The notes beneath the pieces are model-generated. The model was not told where the DNA came from, made no database searches, and saw only the letters and a program-made list of their open reading frames with translations. A stretch of DNA of 62,434 nucleotides from Candidatus Pacearchaeota archaeon (GTDB lineage Archaea > Nanobdellota > Nanobdellia > Pacearchaeales > GW2011-AR1), in the NCBI GenBank assembly GCA_018304025.1, contig JAGVXA010000012.1, positions 1-62,434 of the forward strand, read 5' to 3'. The first letter of the stretch is position 1, and each line of letters begins with the position of its first letter. Shown here piece after piece: positions 8,367-18,955 of this stretch. A program made the translations under genes and the position numbers.

Positions 8367-10936
8367 GAGCAGATTATTTTATTATTACTTTAATCTTGGG
8401 AATTTTATTTATTAGTTTTGCCTCCGCGGCATGCACAGTTACTTTTGACAAAAGTTCATATTTTCCTTCTGAAACAGTCACTGCCTCCCTTTCTTGTTCT
8501 GGAAACGATGAGAAAAATCAGGCATACACTTTAAACTGGACATTTAACGGAACAACTCAACTAGAATTAGATACGGGAACAACTCCTCCTACTGTAAGCA
8601 CTCTTTTTTATGCTACTTATATTTTAAACTCAAGTTATGCGGGAACAATAAACGCCACGCTTTCTGGAACAAATCTTGAGGGAAATGACGGTGCGAATGT
8701 CTCCGGCACAAGCGCGAAAGTTTTAACAATAACTGACTTGAGTTTTAGTTCCTCAGCATTCATAGGAAGTCTTTTTGCAGTAGATTTTAAAGTTACAAAT
8801 AATCAAGGAAAATCCATTTCGAACGCGCAATGCAAGGTGTACGGAACAGACAACACTGACGCCCCTTTACAAATGGGTGGGACGACTTTAACTTATAACG
8901 GCTTGGGCTCCACAGCTGAAGTTTTGGACTCAATCTTTACAGAGGGGAATCAATACTTATGCAAAATCAGGTGTTTTTGCGGAATAGCCAACACTTCTTC
9001 TTCATGCGTAGACGAGGATGGAAATCAGGTTTTTTCAAGCGCGGGTTCAACATCTGTCCCGTTCACGCTAAACACCTGGCTAACATCCAGCACGTTAGTT
9101 GATCAAACAGAGTATACTGAAAAAGAAGAAATTGTTATTTGCGCTAACCTGACTAATTCAAATTATACGAGCAGGGTTCCTGTTGAAATATATCATCAAG
9201 TCAGATGTTCTTCGGGGATTGATAATAACAACGATTTAGACAGAGTGCTGGTAATCTCCGACGGAGATACTCCCGACAGAAGAGGAATAAGCGCAGGAAC
9301 AACTCAAATGCAATGCAAGAGGTTTGTTGTTCCAGAACCAAGGTATTTGCAAGGAAAATCTTCCCAATGCTATGCTTCAACAGAAGTATGGGTTTTGAAC
9401 AGCCAAAATGAAAAAATTGTAAGATATTTAACAACTTCGCCTGCTTTTAATATAACTATAAGCAGTTTGCAGCTGCAGCCGGATTGGGAAAGAATTGCAG
9501 ATTACCAATGGAATAGTATAATTAATTTAACTGGCGACACTTATCATAACTGGAACGGAACAGGGATAGCAAATATTGATTTAAGACTAGACAAAGTCGC
9601 TTCTTACATCAGGTCTTACGAACAAGATGTCTTGCCAGAAGTAGAATTTAATAATTTCCTTTTGTCTGATTATATAAAGAACTGGACAACGTCTTATTGC
9701 AACGGGACAACGGTAAATTCCGCATTGGAAATAAACGAGGACGGAAATGCAGAATTAGAATTAAGAGATGTTGGAATTTCAAACTCTGGATCAAATTGTT
9801 ACAATGTTACTTTGAATATAAACTCTTTTGAAGAAAGAAGCACGGAAGCATTGGAAGAATTTAACAGCTCGCTTGGAAGAAGCGCGACTGCCTTGGAAGG
9901 AATTGAAAATAAAACCGGAACGTTCCATCTTGATGTGGCGTGTCCGTCGACGAGCACGATAGGAGGAGACATGAGCTGCGTTATTACAGCTTACATAGAA
10001 GATTTCCAAACGGTTCAGAAAGAAGTTGATTTTACCTGCCATATTTCCGACGGAACCAGCCAGTATAGCTCTACGAATTTCAACCAAATGATTACCAAAA
10101 GCGCGGTGTCATTGCCAAAAACTTTTTTAGTTCCTTCAACATTTACCGACGGAACGCAATATGTTTTGCAATGCTACGCAGACTATTATAATTTGGGGAG
10201 CAGAAGGGACAGCTTTTATGATACTTTTATTGCTGCGGCGTCTGCTGGCGGAGGGGGCTCTGCAAGCGGCGCCGGCGGAAACAAAACAGCTGGAAGAGCG
10301 CCAATTACCGGCGGAGCTGTTGACGAGGGCAAGGGAATATTCTCTTCTCCACCAATTGAATATCTCTCTGAAAACAAATGGTGGTTTGTATTTGTCATAG
10401 GAGTTTTAGCACTGTTAATTTTAGTTGTTTTAATTAGAAATAAAAAATACGTTTATTCAACTCATAAAACAAACTGGAATTCGGTTTTGAAAAACGCAGT
10501 TATTTTCTTAACGGCAATTGTTGCCATATTAGGAATTTGTGCTGGAGGATACTATGCTTATAATTCGTTGCAGAAAATTAACAAGGAAATTCAACAATCT
10601 CCTGAAGAAACTGTTCCTTCTGTTATGGCGAAGAGTTATTCGCTAATTCAAGATAATTTATTTAGAGGAATTATTCTTACGGCATTTATTATTTTGATGA
10701 TTGTTATTTTATTTAAAGTATTTAATATTCGGGGAGAGATAAGATTTGGATGCGAAGGTTTGAAGTATAACGGAGACAGAAGATCAGAAAGACTGCATAA
10801 CAAACTAAATAGACTTGCTTTGAAAAATGAGATTGAGAGGGAAAAAGAGAAACTCGGCAATATTTCTAAAACGCGGAAAATTTCCGCGGAGGAGTTTAAT
10901 AGAATTTTGGGAAGGTTTGAGAATAGAGTTACTTAA
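8363..10936 (+). CDS. Large cell-surface protein with C-terminal TM helices
   Basis: Signal peptide, Ser/Thr/Cys-rich beta-type domains, Gly/Ala linker, PITGGAV, three hydrophobic segments. Confidence 0.75.
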   Translation: MRADYFIITLILGILFISFASAACTVTFDKSSYFPSETVTASLSCSGNDEKNQAYTLNWTFNGTTQLELDTGTTPPTVSTLFYATYILNSSYAGTINATLSGTNLEGNDGANVSGTSAKVLTITDLSFSSSAFIGSLFAVDFKVTNNQGKSISNAQCKVYGTDNTDAPLQMGGTTLTYNGLGSTAEVLDSIFTEGNQYLCKIRCFCGIANTSSSCVDEDGNQVFSSAGSTSVPFTLNTWLTSSTLVDQTEYTEKEEIVICANLTNSNYTSRVPVEIYHQVRCSSGIDNNNDLDRVLVISDGDTPDRRGISAGTTQMQCKRFVVPEPRYLQGKSSQCYASTEVWVLNSQNEKIVRYLTTSPAFNITISSLQLQPDWERIADYQWNSIINLTGDTYHNWNGTGIANIDLRLDKVASYIRSYEQDVLPEVEFNNFLLSDYIKNWTTSYCNGTTVNSALEINEDGNAELELRDVGISNSGSNCYNVTLNINSFEERSTEALEEFNSSLGRSATALEGIENKTGTFHLDVACPSTSTIGGDMSCVITAYIEDFQTVQKEVDFTCHISDGTSQYSSTNFNQMITKSAVSLPKTFLVPSTFTDGTQYVLQCYADYYNLGSRRDSFYDTFIAAASAGGGGSASGAGGNKTAGRAPITGGAVDEGKGIFSSPPIEYLSENKWWFVFVIGVLALLILVVLIRNKKYVYSTHKTNWNSVLKNAVIFLTAIVAILGICAGGYYAYNSLQKINKEIQQSPEETVPSVMAKSYSLIQDNLFRGIILTAFIILMIVILFKVFNIRGEIRFGCEGLKYNGDRRSERLHNKLNRLALKNEIEREKEKLGNISKTRKISAEEFNRILGRFENRVT

Positions 10937-11137
10937 AGATTTTAGAGTGCCGAGGGACATGCGAGAAGGCGAAGACTTGCATGCCCCTCTGTCATCCGAG
11001 AAAAAGAGACAATGATTACATTGTCACGTTTTCCGAACAAGTCGAAAAAGAGACAATGAAAAGAGACAATGATGGGAACGCGGGAAAAGAGGGAAACCGC
11101 GTTCCCTTAGAGACTATAATCTGATTGAATGGAGAGA

Positions 11138-11257
11138 CTATGATAATTTATTTTCTGGCGGCGGCAAATCCATAATTTTATTTGTTGGCGTTCTAGCAAC
11201 ACGACATTTTTTGCAACGGCACAAACCGCAGCAGCAACAGCATTTTTTGTTTTTCAT
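11138..11257 (-). CDS. 39-aa Cys-rich peptide MKNKKCCCCCGLCRCKKC...
   Basis: Manually translated; GAGGT SD-like motif upstream; 8 Cys. Confidence 0.45.
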   Translation of the reverse strand: MKNKKCCCCCGLCRCKKCRVARTPTNKIMDLPPPENKLS

Positions 11258-11464
11258 TTTTAACCTCGTTATTTTATTAATTAATCTAAGAAAAAGGGTT
11301 ATTAAGCACTTGTTAAAGAAAACTCAATAGAACAAATAAAGAGAGATTTTTCATAAGGTTTAAAAGGGAAATATTTGCCGGCGTGCCGACCAATTCAAAA
11401 AAGAAATTCAAAAAGAGAAAATAAAAAACAAGAAAATAAGAGAATAAAAAAGAAAAATAAGTGT

Positions 11465-11800
11465 TTATCTTTTGCTTGTTTCAAAAACAGCTTTTATTGC
11501 CACAACCAATGCTGCTGCGCTAACAAGTGCAATTAAGTTCACAAGGATAGCACTGATGTAAGTACTAATCGACCCCAATACTGAAAGAGCGCCGATACTT
11601 GCAATTCCGCCGACCAACAATGCTATTGATGCAATTAAAAACTTGGTAGATTCTTTTTCAGTTACATTAAGGAATCCAACTACTAATCCTAGTACGAAGA
11701 TTACTAATGCCATTAGTGTTCCGTATCCTGATATAAATCCTGCAAGCACTGCTAGTAACAAGCCGATTAAAAAAGCCCATTTTCCTAAATTGTTTTCCAT
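11465..11800 (-). CDS. Small 4-TM membrane protein
   Basis: GGAGGTGA SD; GKWAFLIG...GLVVGFLNVTEKE..KFLIA. Confidence 0.8.
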   Translation of the reverse strand: MENNLGKWAFLIGLLLAVLAGFISGYGTLMALVIFVLGLVVGFLNVTEKESTKFLIASIALLVGGIASIGALSVLGSISTYISAILVNLIALVSAAALVVAIKAVFETSKR

Positions 11801-11962
11801 TCTCACCTCCTTTTTGTTTTTCTTTTAAAAATTTAAACAGAAAGATTTTACCAATCCTTCTTTGTTTATACAGCAAATTAAGATATTTAAGTCTTTTTGT
11901 TTAGCTAGTTGAATTATTAGTTATCAGGAAAGATTTAATAATTTGATTTTTTATTTTATAAT

Positions 11963-12223
11963 GTGAAACTTAAAAATTTTTTTCAGCCAAGATGGTATGT
12001 CTATTCAATATTAATTGCGATTTCAATTATTGAGTTTTTCTTTTTACTTCCAGGTACTTTTGGCAGATGGGGCGGGGGAGGATGTCTTACTTGTAAAAAT
12101 ACCGGTCCGCTAATTTTTTCGTATGACTGGTTTGTGCTTATTGGAATGTTTTTAATTCCGATTGTTTTAATTTACATTCTTATTTCTGTAATTGTTTTAA
12201 TCGTCGATAAAATTAAGAAATAG
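11963..12223 (+). CDS. Small 2-TM hypothetical protein
   Basis: Two hydrophobic segments, CxxC loop. Confidence 0.55.
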   Translation: MKLKNFFQPRWYVYSILIAISIIEFFFLLPGTFGRWGGGGCLTCKNTGPLIFSYDWFVLIGMFLIPIVLIYILISVIVLIVDKIKK

Positions 12224-12224
12224 T

Positions 12225-14864
12225 TTATTGATTTTTAGCAGAGTTTTCGCCCTGCCATTCTTCAACGTCTGCTAATTCGATTTCGTTTGTTGTCTCTTCA
12301 ATAAAAGAATCAGAGTCAATTGGAATTGAATCGTTTAAAACCGGAATGTCTGAGTTATCTTCGGGTTCTGAAGTTTCGTATTCTGATTCTATTTTAGGAG
12401 TTTGTTCTGTTTCGAATCTTTCTGGTTCGTCGTTTTCCAATGCCTGCAAAATTAGATTTTCCATATCCTGATCATTTATTACTTCTTCGTGTTTTGCTGA
12501 TGCCTGCGTTTGATTAAAAAAAGATTTTTTTTGAGCAGGTTCAATTGATTCTGTTTCATTTTTTTCGGGAGGTTCTAGCGACTGTTTAGCTGACTGGATG
12601 AATTCCTGCGCTTGTTCTTTTTCTATGTTGTATACAATTTCGCTTATTTCACGGGCTGCGTCTGCGTTCACAGAGATTGAACTGATTCCTTCTCTGGCTA
12701 GAATCCTCGCCATCTCCGGACGCGAGCCTGCCTGCCCGCAAATGCTCGTTTCAACATTATATTTTTTACAAACCCGGATAACGTGCTGAATTGAACGGAC
12801 AACTGCGGGATGGGTCTCATCGAATATTCCTGCGACTTCGTCGTTGTTTCTGTCGATAGCTAAAGTGAATTGCGTCAAGTCGTTGGTGCCGAATGAAATG
12901 AAATCGATTCCTTCCTGGCAAAGCTCTTCAATTATCTGGACAGCTGCCGGTGTTTCAACCATAACTCCGATTTTAATATTCGACGGTATTCCTATTTCAT
13001 CAGCTATTTTTTTTGTTTCTTTTATTTCCTGGACGCTGATTACAAGAGGAATCATTAATCCTATTTTTTTGTTTGGGAAGAACTCGGCAACTTCTTTCAC
13101 GGCTGTTAATTCTGCTTTTAGAATTTCGGGATGCTTTAGGCTAAATCTGATTGCGTGATTTCCCATCATAGGGTTTGATTCGTCATCTTTTGGAGCGCCT
13201 TCGAGATTTGAATACTCGTCTGTTCTTATGTCTGAAGAACGCACCCAAATTTCTTCAAAGGGTTCTGCAATTTTTTTAAGATTTGAAGAAAGCAATTTAA
13301 CATATTCTTTCATGTCTCCTTTTTTGACAAAATAAAACGGATGTTTTCCGCCGATTGCTATAATTCCTTCAAGTCTTGTCAAGCCGATGCTTTTCACTTC
13401 TGATTTTGATGCTCTTAACGCGCCTTCAGGCAAGTCCGCGATAACTTTAATTTTTATTTTTGTTCCGTGAATTATCGGGAGGACTTCTTTCAGTTTAGTT
13501 TTTCCTTTTCCTTCATAAACTTTTCCGACGTTGCCGTCGATAGTTACAATCTGCCCGTCTTTTAGAATTTTTGTTGCTTCGTCTGTTCCGACGACTGCAG
13601 GAATTCCCATTTCCCTGCTCACGATTGCTGCGTGGGAAGTGATTCCGCCTTCGTCTGTAATTATTGCCGCGGATTTTTGCATTGCGACCACCATATCTGG
13701 ATTTGTCATTTCTGTGACTAGAACATCTCCGTTCTGGATTTTTTCTAAATCTTTCATTTCTCTGACAATTTTAACTGGGCCGGATGAAACTCCCGGCGAA
13801 GCTGCCAAGCCGGAAAGAATTGGCTCGCCCTCGACGGTTTCTGTTGATTCCTTGAATTTTGTTGTAATTGGCCTTGATTGAACAATATAAATTCCACCAG
13901 CGTCAATCGCAAATTCGATGTCCTGCGGTTTTTTGTAGTGCTCTTCCAGTTTTTGCGCAAGCTGCGCCAAAGTTTTAATTTCGTAGCTGCTTAAAACCTG
14001 TTGATTGCTTCTTTCTGGAGTTAGCTTGATTGTTTCATTTTTTCCTTCTTCATTTTTTACAATTGCAATTTTTTTATTTGCGATTTTTGTTTCAAGTATT
14101 TTGAAGTTTTCCAAATCTTCTGAAACTACGTGGTGGTCTGGCTTAATCTGCCCGGAAACAATTCCTTCGCCGAGCCCCCAAACCGCCTCGATTATTATGT
14201 GGTCTGCTTTTGTCGTCGGGTTTTGCGAGAACATGACGCCGGATTTTACAGAGTTCACCATTTTTTGGATAACGACAGCGAGCAAAGAGTTTTCGTGGGC
14301 AAATCCTTTTTTTGTCCTGTAATAAGTTGCTCTTGGCGTGAAGAGTGAAGACATGCATTTTTTTACTTTTTCCAGTAATTCTTTGTTTCCTCTGACATTC
14401 AAAAAAGATTCCTGCTGTCCTGCGAAAGATGCGTCTGCCAAATCTTCTGTTGTTGCGCTGGAACGGACAGCCACGAACGGCGCCTCATCTTTTTCTAAAA
14501 GATTATTTGCAGTATCTTTTTGCGGCTCGCTTAAAATTTCGTATGCTTCCAAGATTTGCGTTTCTATTTCTTGCGGCAAAGACTGGGACTCTATTGTTCT
14601 TCTTATTTCTTTAGTTGCTTCGTTTAGCTCTGCTGTGTTTTCCTCGTCGAGGTTTGCCAAAATTTCTTTGATTCTCGCGCTTATTCCTGTTTTTTCTATG
14701 AAGTGCTGATAAGCCTGCGCTGTTATGACAAAACCTGGTGGAACAGGAACATTTAGATTGTACATTTCTGCCAACGAGGCGCCTTTCCCGCCTGCTATTG
14801 CTATGTCTTTATTTGATAATTCAGAAAACCATTTGACAAATTGGGCTTCCTCTTTTTTTAGCAT
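12225..14864 (-). CDS. ppsA: Phosphoenolpyruvate synthase with acidic C-terminal tail
   Basis: GGKGASL, VAVRSSATTED, SFAGQQ, GGITSHAAIVSRE, SFGTNDLTQ, SICGQA. Confidence 0.95.
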   Translation of the reverse strand: MLKKEEAQFVKWFSELSNKDIAIAGGKGASLAEMYNLNVPVPPGFVITAQAYQHFIEKTGISARIKEILANLDEENTAELNEATKEIRRTIESQSLPQEIETQILEAYEILSEPQKDTANNLLEKDEAPFVAVRSSATTEDLADASFAGQQESFLNVRGNKELLEKVKKCMSSLFTPRATYYRTKKGFAHENSLLAVVIQKMVNSVKSGVMFSQNPTTKADHIIIEAVWGLGEGIVSGQIKPDHHVVSEDLENFKILETKIANKKIAIVKNEEGKNETIKLTPERSNQQVLSSYEIKTLAQLAQKLEEHYKKPQDIEFAIDAGGIYIVQSRPITTKFKESTETVEGEPILSGLAASPGVSSGPVKIVREMKDLEKIQNGDVLVTEMTNPDMVVAMQKSAAIITDEGGITSHAAIVSREMGIPAVVGTDEATKILKDGQIVTIDGNVGKVYEGKGKTKLKEVLPIIHGTKIKIKVIADLPEGALRASKSEVKSIGLTRLEGIIAIGGKHPFYFVKKGDMKEYVKLLSSNLKKIAEPFEEIWVRSSDIRTDEYSNLEGAPKDDESNPMMGNHAIRFSLKHPEILKAELTAVKEVAEFFPNKKIGLMIPLVISVQEIKETKKIADEIGIPSNIKIGVMVETPAAVQIIEELCQEGIDFISFGTNDLTQFTLAIDRNNDEVAGIFDETHPAVVRSIQHVIRVCKKYNVETSICGQAGSRPEMARILAREGISSISVNADAAREISEIVYNIEKEQAQEFIQSAKQSLEPPEKNETESIEPAQKKSFFNQTQASAKHEEVINDQDMENLILQALENDEPERFETEQTPKIESEYETSEPEDNSDIPVLNDSIPIDSDSFIEETTNEIELADVEEWQGENSAKNQ

Positions 14865-14906
14865 GGGAAGAAAAGATTAGGGAAGTTAATAAAGATTACG
14901 ATAGAA

Positions 14907-15446
14907 TTATCCTAGTTTTTCAAAAACGATTTTCGTCCTGCAGGGAATTTTTGATTTTGTTTTGTTTAATGCGTTTCTCGCGGATTTGACTGCTTTTTCA
15001 TTTGCGCAGGAGATAAAAAAAAGCTCCTTGTTTTTTGGGACGATAGCTGCCCTGCCGATTGCAACGCCGAAAGAATGCTTCATACCTGACGACAAACGGT
15101 CTGCCCCTGCGCCTGCTGCTGTTTTGTTTTCTCTTAAAATATGGTGGGGATAGACTTTTATGTTGAAGGCGTATTCTCCCGGAACTTCTGTTTCCAAAAT
15201 CTTAAAAATTTGCTGCCTGCAAGATTCTAAAGCGTTGTCTCTCATCTGGACTTTTTCAATCGCAATTAATTTGACGACGAGAGGGTGTTTTTTTTGATTG
15301 TAAGCAGCCTGATTGCCCATGCTGAATTTTACGATTTTGCTCGGCGGGACTGTCTTGATGTAAGCTCTGTTTTTTCTGGCTGATTTTCTAGTATACGGGC
15401 GGACGATTTTCTTGGAATATGCGGATGCTTTTCTTAGTGCTGCCAT
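14907..15446 (-). CDS. rpl10e: 50S ribosomal protein L10e (uL16)
   Basis: YPHHILRENK..AGAGADRLSSGM..SFG. Confidence 0.95.
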   Translation of the reverse strand: MAALRKASAYSKKIVRPYTRKSARKNRAYIKTVPPSKIVKFSMGNQAAYNQKKHPLVVKLIAIEKVQMRDNALESCRQQIFKILETEVPGEYAFNIKVYPHHILRENKTAAGAGADRLSSGMKHSFGVAIGRAAIVPKNKELFFISCANEKAVKSARNALNKTKSKIPCRTKIVFEKLG

Positions 15447-15628
15447 TATAATGTCTCCAAACAAAGGTCAAGAAGTGTTGTTCTTTTTGGACAGTCTGGT
15501 TTTACTCTACTGCACAAGTTTTCTCTTTGGTCTAGCAAGTCTTTATTGGTTTTTCCGTCAAGACATTTTCTTGTGTAAGGACATCTTTTGTCGTCGTAAA
15601 ACTCGCATCTGTTTTCGTATTTATTCAT
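15446..15628 (-). CDS. Small Cys-containing hypothetical protein within a ribosomal protein operon
   Basis: Tightly packed between rpl35ae and rpl10e; 6 Cys. Confidence 0.5.
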   Translation of the reverse strand: MNKYENRCEFYDDKRCPYTRKCLDGKTNKDLLDQRENLCSRVKPDCPKRTTLLDLCLETL

Positions 15629-15629
15629 T

Positions 15630-15884
15630 TTATTTTACCTCCACGTCTGTTGCGACTGCTTGTCCCGGCAAACCCTTTTCAAAAATCGCTCTTACTAATC
15701 CCTTGTTCCCGTGAGCTGCCGCGATTTTTCCCTTAATTTCTTTGCCTGCGCTGGATTTCCAAATAACTTCTTTTCCGGATAATTTTTTCGCTTCTTCTCT
15801 GCTTGTCAAGCCGAGGTCAATCAAGAAATGCTTCTCGTGTATTTGATGACGTCCGCGCCTGAATTGAACTATTATTCCTTCCAT
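15630..15884 (-). CDS. rpl35ae: 50S ribosomal protein L35ae (eL33)
   Basis: FRRGRH, GKI..AHGNKGLVRA.FEKGLPGQA. Confidence 0.92.
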   Translation of the reverse strand: MEGIIVQFRRGRHQIHEKHFLIDLGLTSREEAKKLSGKEVIWKSSAGKEIKGKIAAAHGNKGLVRAIFEKGLPGQAVATDVEVK

Positions 15885-16100
15885 AATTCTTTCTGGAAAT
15901 GTGGGTTTTTAAAAGTTAGGGTTTACTGACTTTGTCAGTTAAAGGGACTTGGTAAATTTTGTTTTAAGGTTATGTGACAGCGTATCGCAGATAATTATCT
16001 TGGATTCGATTAATCGTCGGTATTTTTTATTTCGATTACATGATTACTGTGCTATAGATATTTTACGTATATTTTGGTAAGTTTGCAGTATCTGTTCTTG

Positions 16101-17363
16101 TCAGCAGCCGTTTAGAGTTGTTGTTATTGTTCCAATTCTCCCTGCTGAGTATGAGCAAGTTTCACCTGCCCAGGTAAATGTTTTTCCATTCTTTGTTAGC
16201 AAACCCCCGTCAGAATTTGGAGATATGCTGCACATTTGTTCTGGTGTTGGATCTGTCGTTGTTCCGCTTGTAACCCATAAATCGCTGCCTTGCATTATAG
16301 GAGCAAAAAACGACATGGTTGGATTGTTAGGATTTGCAGGGTTAATTGATATATCAATTCGAACTGCACCTTCATAATAATAGAAATCGAGAGCGCCCCC
16401 CGGAAGCTTAGGCACTATCCAGGTTCCTCCAGAGGAGGGAAATAGTTCAGTGCAGCTAGGACTTGCGTCTCTCACGAATGTTACAGTTATGGAATTCACG
16501 TTTGCTAAATTGCATACTTGGCAAGCGCCCCAGCCCGCTATTGTGCAGGTTTGTTGGCCTATGCATCCTACTGACGGGGTGCAGGGTTGAGTAGTTATTC
16601 CTTCATTTATTTGAGTGTCGCAGTCGTTGTCGACTCCGTCGCAAATTTCTATTGCTCCTGGATGAATACTAATATCATTATCATTGCAATCTAATGAGTT
16701 AGAAACATATCCTGGAGGGGCAGAGCAAGATTGTATTGCGCTAATTAAATTTCCGAAAGTGTCGTCATCAGAATCCTGATAAAATGTTGATGTTAATCCT
16801 TCATCTACTGAACTGTCGCAGTCATTGTCGAGTCCGTCGCAGACTTCTGATTCGCAAGTCTCTCCATTTTGGGTTAACTCTGAGCCGGAAATTCTGTAGG
16901 TTATTTTTGGAAGATTTGACACAACTTGCTTGTTCTGGTCGTTGATTATCGTCGGGTAAATAAGCACTGTGGTGACTTTTTCTAAATTATAGTCTCCTTC
17001 ATTTTGAATTAGCTCTATATTTATTGTTTCTAATTCTGCGATATTTTCATTTTTGTATTTTTCAACAACTTCTGTTTCTCCGTCGATATTTTTTAGGACA
17101 ATTACAATACCTGGAACCTCGGTGCCGCCTGAATTTCTTTTTAGATTGAACGAAATTTGTCCAGGGTTATTTTCTTGGTCTATTATTACGGAATTGGGCA
17201 CGAGCGAGAATTTTAATTTGATAAACTCGTATTCTGTTTTGACTTCGGTATTTGTTTCGGCAATTCTTGAATTATATACTGCCCAAATGATTATTACCAC
17301 GCTGAGTACAAGAAGGACTAGAAGAACAGTTGCGATTAAGTTGCTTAGCCCTCTCTTTTTCAT
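16101..17363 (-). CDS. Type IV pilin-like protein (class III signal peptide) with Cys/Asp metal-binding repeats
   Basis: KKRG|LSNLIATVLLV cleavage motif; E.CDG.DNDCD repeats. Confidence 0.8.
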   Translation of the reverse strand: MKKRGLSNLIATVLLVLLVLSVVIIIWAVYNSRIAETNTEVKTEYEFIKLKFSLVPNSVIIDQENNPGQISFNLKRNSGGTEVPGIVIVLKNIDGETEVVEKYKNENIAELETINIELIQNEGDYNLEKVTTVLIYPTIINDQNKQVVSNLPKITYRISGSELTQNGETCESEVCDGLDNDCDSSVDEGLTSTFYQDSDDDTFGNLISAIQSCSAPPGYVSNSLDCNDNDISIHPGAIEICDGVDNDCDTQINEGITTQPCTPSVGCIGQQTCTIAGWGACQVCNLANVNSITVTFVRDASPSCTELFPSSGGTWIVPKLPGGALDFYYYEGAVRIDISINPANPNNPTMSFFAPIMQGSDLWVTSGTTTDPTPEQMCSISPNSDGGLLTKNGKTFTWAGETCSYSAGRIGTITTTLNGC

Positions 17364-17395
17364 CTCGTTCCCAAGAAATCTTATTTAATAAATCT

Positions 17396-18901
17396 TTATA
17401 CCACTTGCCAATACGCCCGAGTTAAAACGCACTGCGCGGGTGGCATCTCGGAGATATATTCATAAGCTCCGATGTCATAACCTTCCCCCTGTGGTCGAAG
17501 AGTTCCATCAATATCTAAAAATGGCGATGGCAAACTTATTCCAATTAAATCTCCTGCGTCGATTGCTGGACTTCCTAATTTTAAATGATAATCATTGTTT
17601 GCTTCATTCTCAAAAAAGGGATCCGCTGATATGCTATGCACTTCCTGAGCAGGATTTGCTTGTTTGAATTGACTTAACGTATCATACCAGCCATTCCAGG
17701 AGATCACACTGTTGTGATACAAATTATAATCTGAAGTAATTACAGCCCCCATGGGACTTAAACCCAAACCAACAAAGTTATCTGTAACAATATTGTCTCT
17801 TAAATTAACATTTCCAGTGATTTGCCCGCAATTTGGACCAATCAAAATAGCTTGGTACATCCCAGATACAGTATTGCTATGAACATTTAGGTTGTTTGTA
17901 ATGCCGCAATAAGGCGCTTGCATAATCACAAATATTCCTTTAGCATCAAAAGTAAAATCCTTTTTGTAAATAAGATTGCCTGCAATTTCAACGTTGTAAA
18001 AATTGTGAGTATTTCCCGTGTCACTCACTAGATAAATATGCTGGGTTGCATCATAAAATTCATTATTCAAAATTTTAAGCCCATTTATTCCCTCCTGAAG
18101 TTGTAAACTGTCCGCATGCCAGGGGCCAAAATTATAGGGTGCTGGATTAGTATGGTCGTGAATCTTATTGTCTTCAATAATCCAGTTATCCCCGTCCCCT
18201 CCCTTAATTCCATCAATTATGTTATCATGAATATTATTATTAATAATTCTAAGATTTAGTATGCTATCCCCTAAAATAATAATTCCATTCTGAAGATTAT
18301 GATAAACTTCATTATTCTCGATTAGTGTATCATCTGAATTTCTTAAGTCAATTCCTCCTTGATCAGCTGCGTGTCCCCATCCGCTTTCTTGATTGATATC
18401 CGGATAAAGATAGGTGTTGTCATGAATATAATTATTAACGACTTCACTTCCAGTATATCCGCCAATAGTCACGCCAGAATTATATCCCTTGCTTATATCA
18501 AGCCCTTCAATCCGAATATAATCTTTGGAAATTACAACTGAATTTCGCGTGTTCTCTCCATCAATTTTTACTTGACATCCATACTTAGTTCCATCGGCAT
18601 TGGTCTTGCATTCCTCTCCAGGATAAGCTTTGTAAGTTATCTTTGCATTAACTGTTCCAGATCTTGCAGAAGCAAGCGTTTCATAATAAGTCCCTTCTTT
18701 CAAACAGACAACATCTCCTGGCTGTGCAGAGCCTACTCCTGTTCCCGAGGCTGTTGCCAAACTGCAAGGATTCACTTCCGTACATGAAGTTCCGACGCCA
18801 ATTGTAGAGACATATTTTGTGCAATTTTCAATAGCACTTACACAACCCAAGCTTGCAAATAAGAATATCAAACTAAAAAATAATCCTCCTTTCTTTTTCA
18901 T
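17396..18901 (-). CDS. Secreted right-handed beta-helix protein with C-terminal CVLTRAYW tag
   Basis: Signal peptide, PGDVVCLKEGTY, repeated NN.IHDN, DYHLK.GSPAIDAG, YDIGAYEY. Confidence 0.85.
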   Translation of the reverse strand: MKKKGGLFFSLIFLFASLGCVSAIENCTKYVSTIGVGTSCTEVNPCSLATASGTGVGSAQPGDVVCLKEGTYYETLASARSGTVNAKITYKAYPGEECKTNADGTKYGCQVKIDGENTRNSVVISKDYIRIEGLDISKGYNSGVTIGGYTGSEVVNNYIHDNTYLYPDINQESGWGHAADQGGIDLRNSDDTLIENNEVYHNLQNGIIILGDSILNLRIINNNIHDNIIDGIKGGDGDNWIIEDNKIHDHTNPAPYNFGPWHADSLQLQEGINGLKILNNEFYDATQHIYLVSDTGNTHNFYNVEIAGNLIYKKDFTFDAKGIFVIMQAPYCGITNNLNVHSNTVSGMYQAILIGPNCGQITGNVNLRDNIVTDNFVGLGLSPMGAVITSDYNLYHNSVISWNGWYDTLSQFKQANPAQEVHSISADPFFENEANNDYHLKLGSPAIDAGDLIGISLPSPFLDIDGTLRPQGEGYDIGAYEYISEMPPAQCVLTRAYWQVV

Positions 18902-18955
18902 TTCATCTCAAAGAAAATCTAATTAATAAATCTTCTTGTATTTCTTTAAAGAAAC

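Noticed and set aside
10981..11124. 47-aa ORF MPLCHPRKRDND...
   Set aside because: Built from short repeats and a hairpin, with no SD or recognisable motif; insufficient support.
12598..14709. Numerous + strand ORFs over ppsA, and similar shadow ORFs elsewhere
   Set aside because: Antisense or alternative-frame shadows of well-supported genes with no recognisable motifs.
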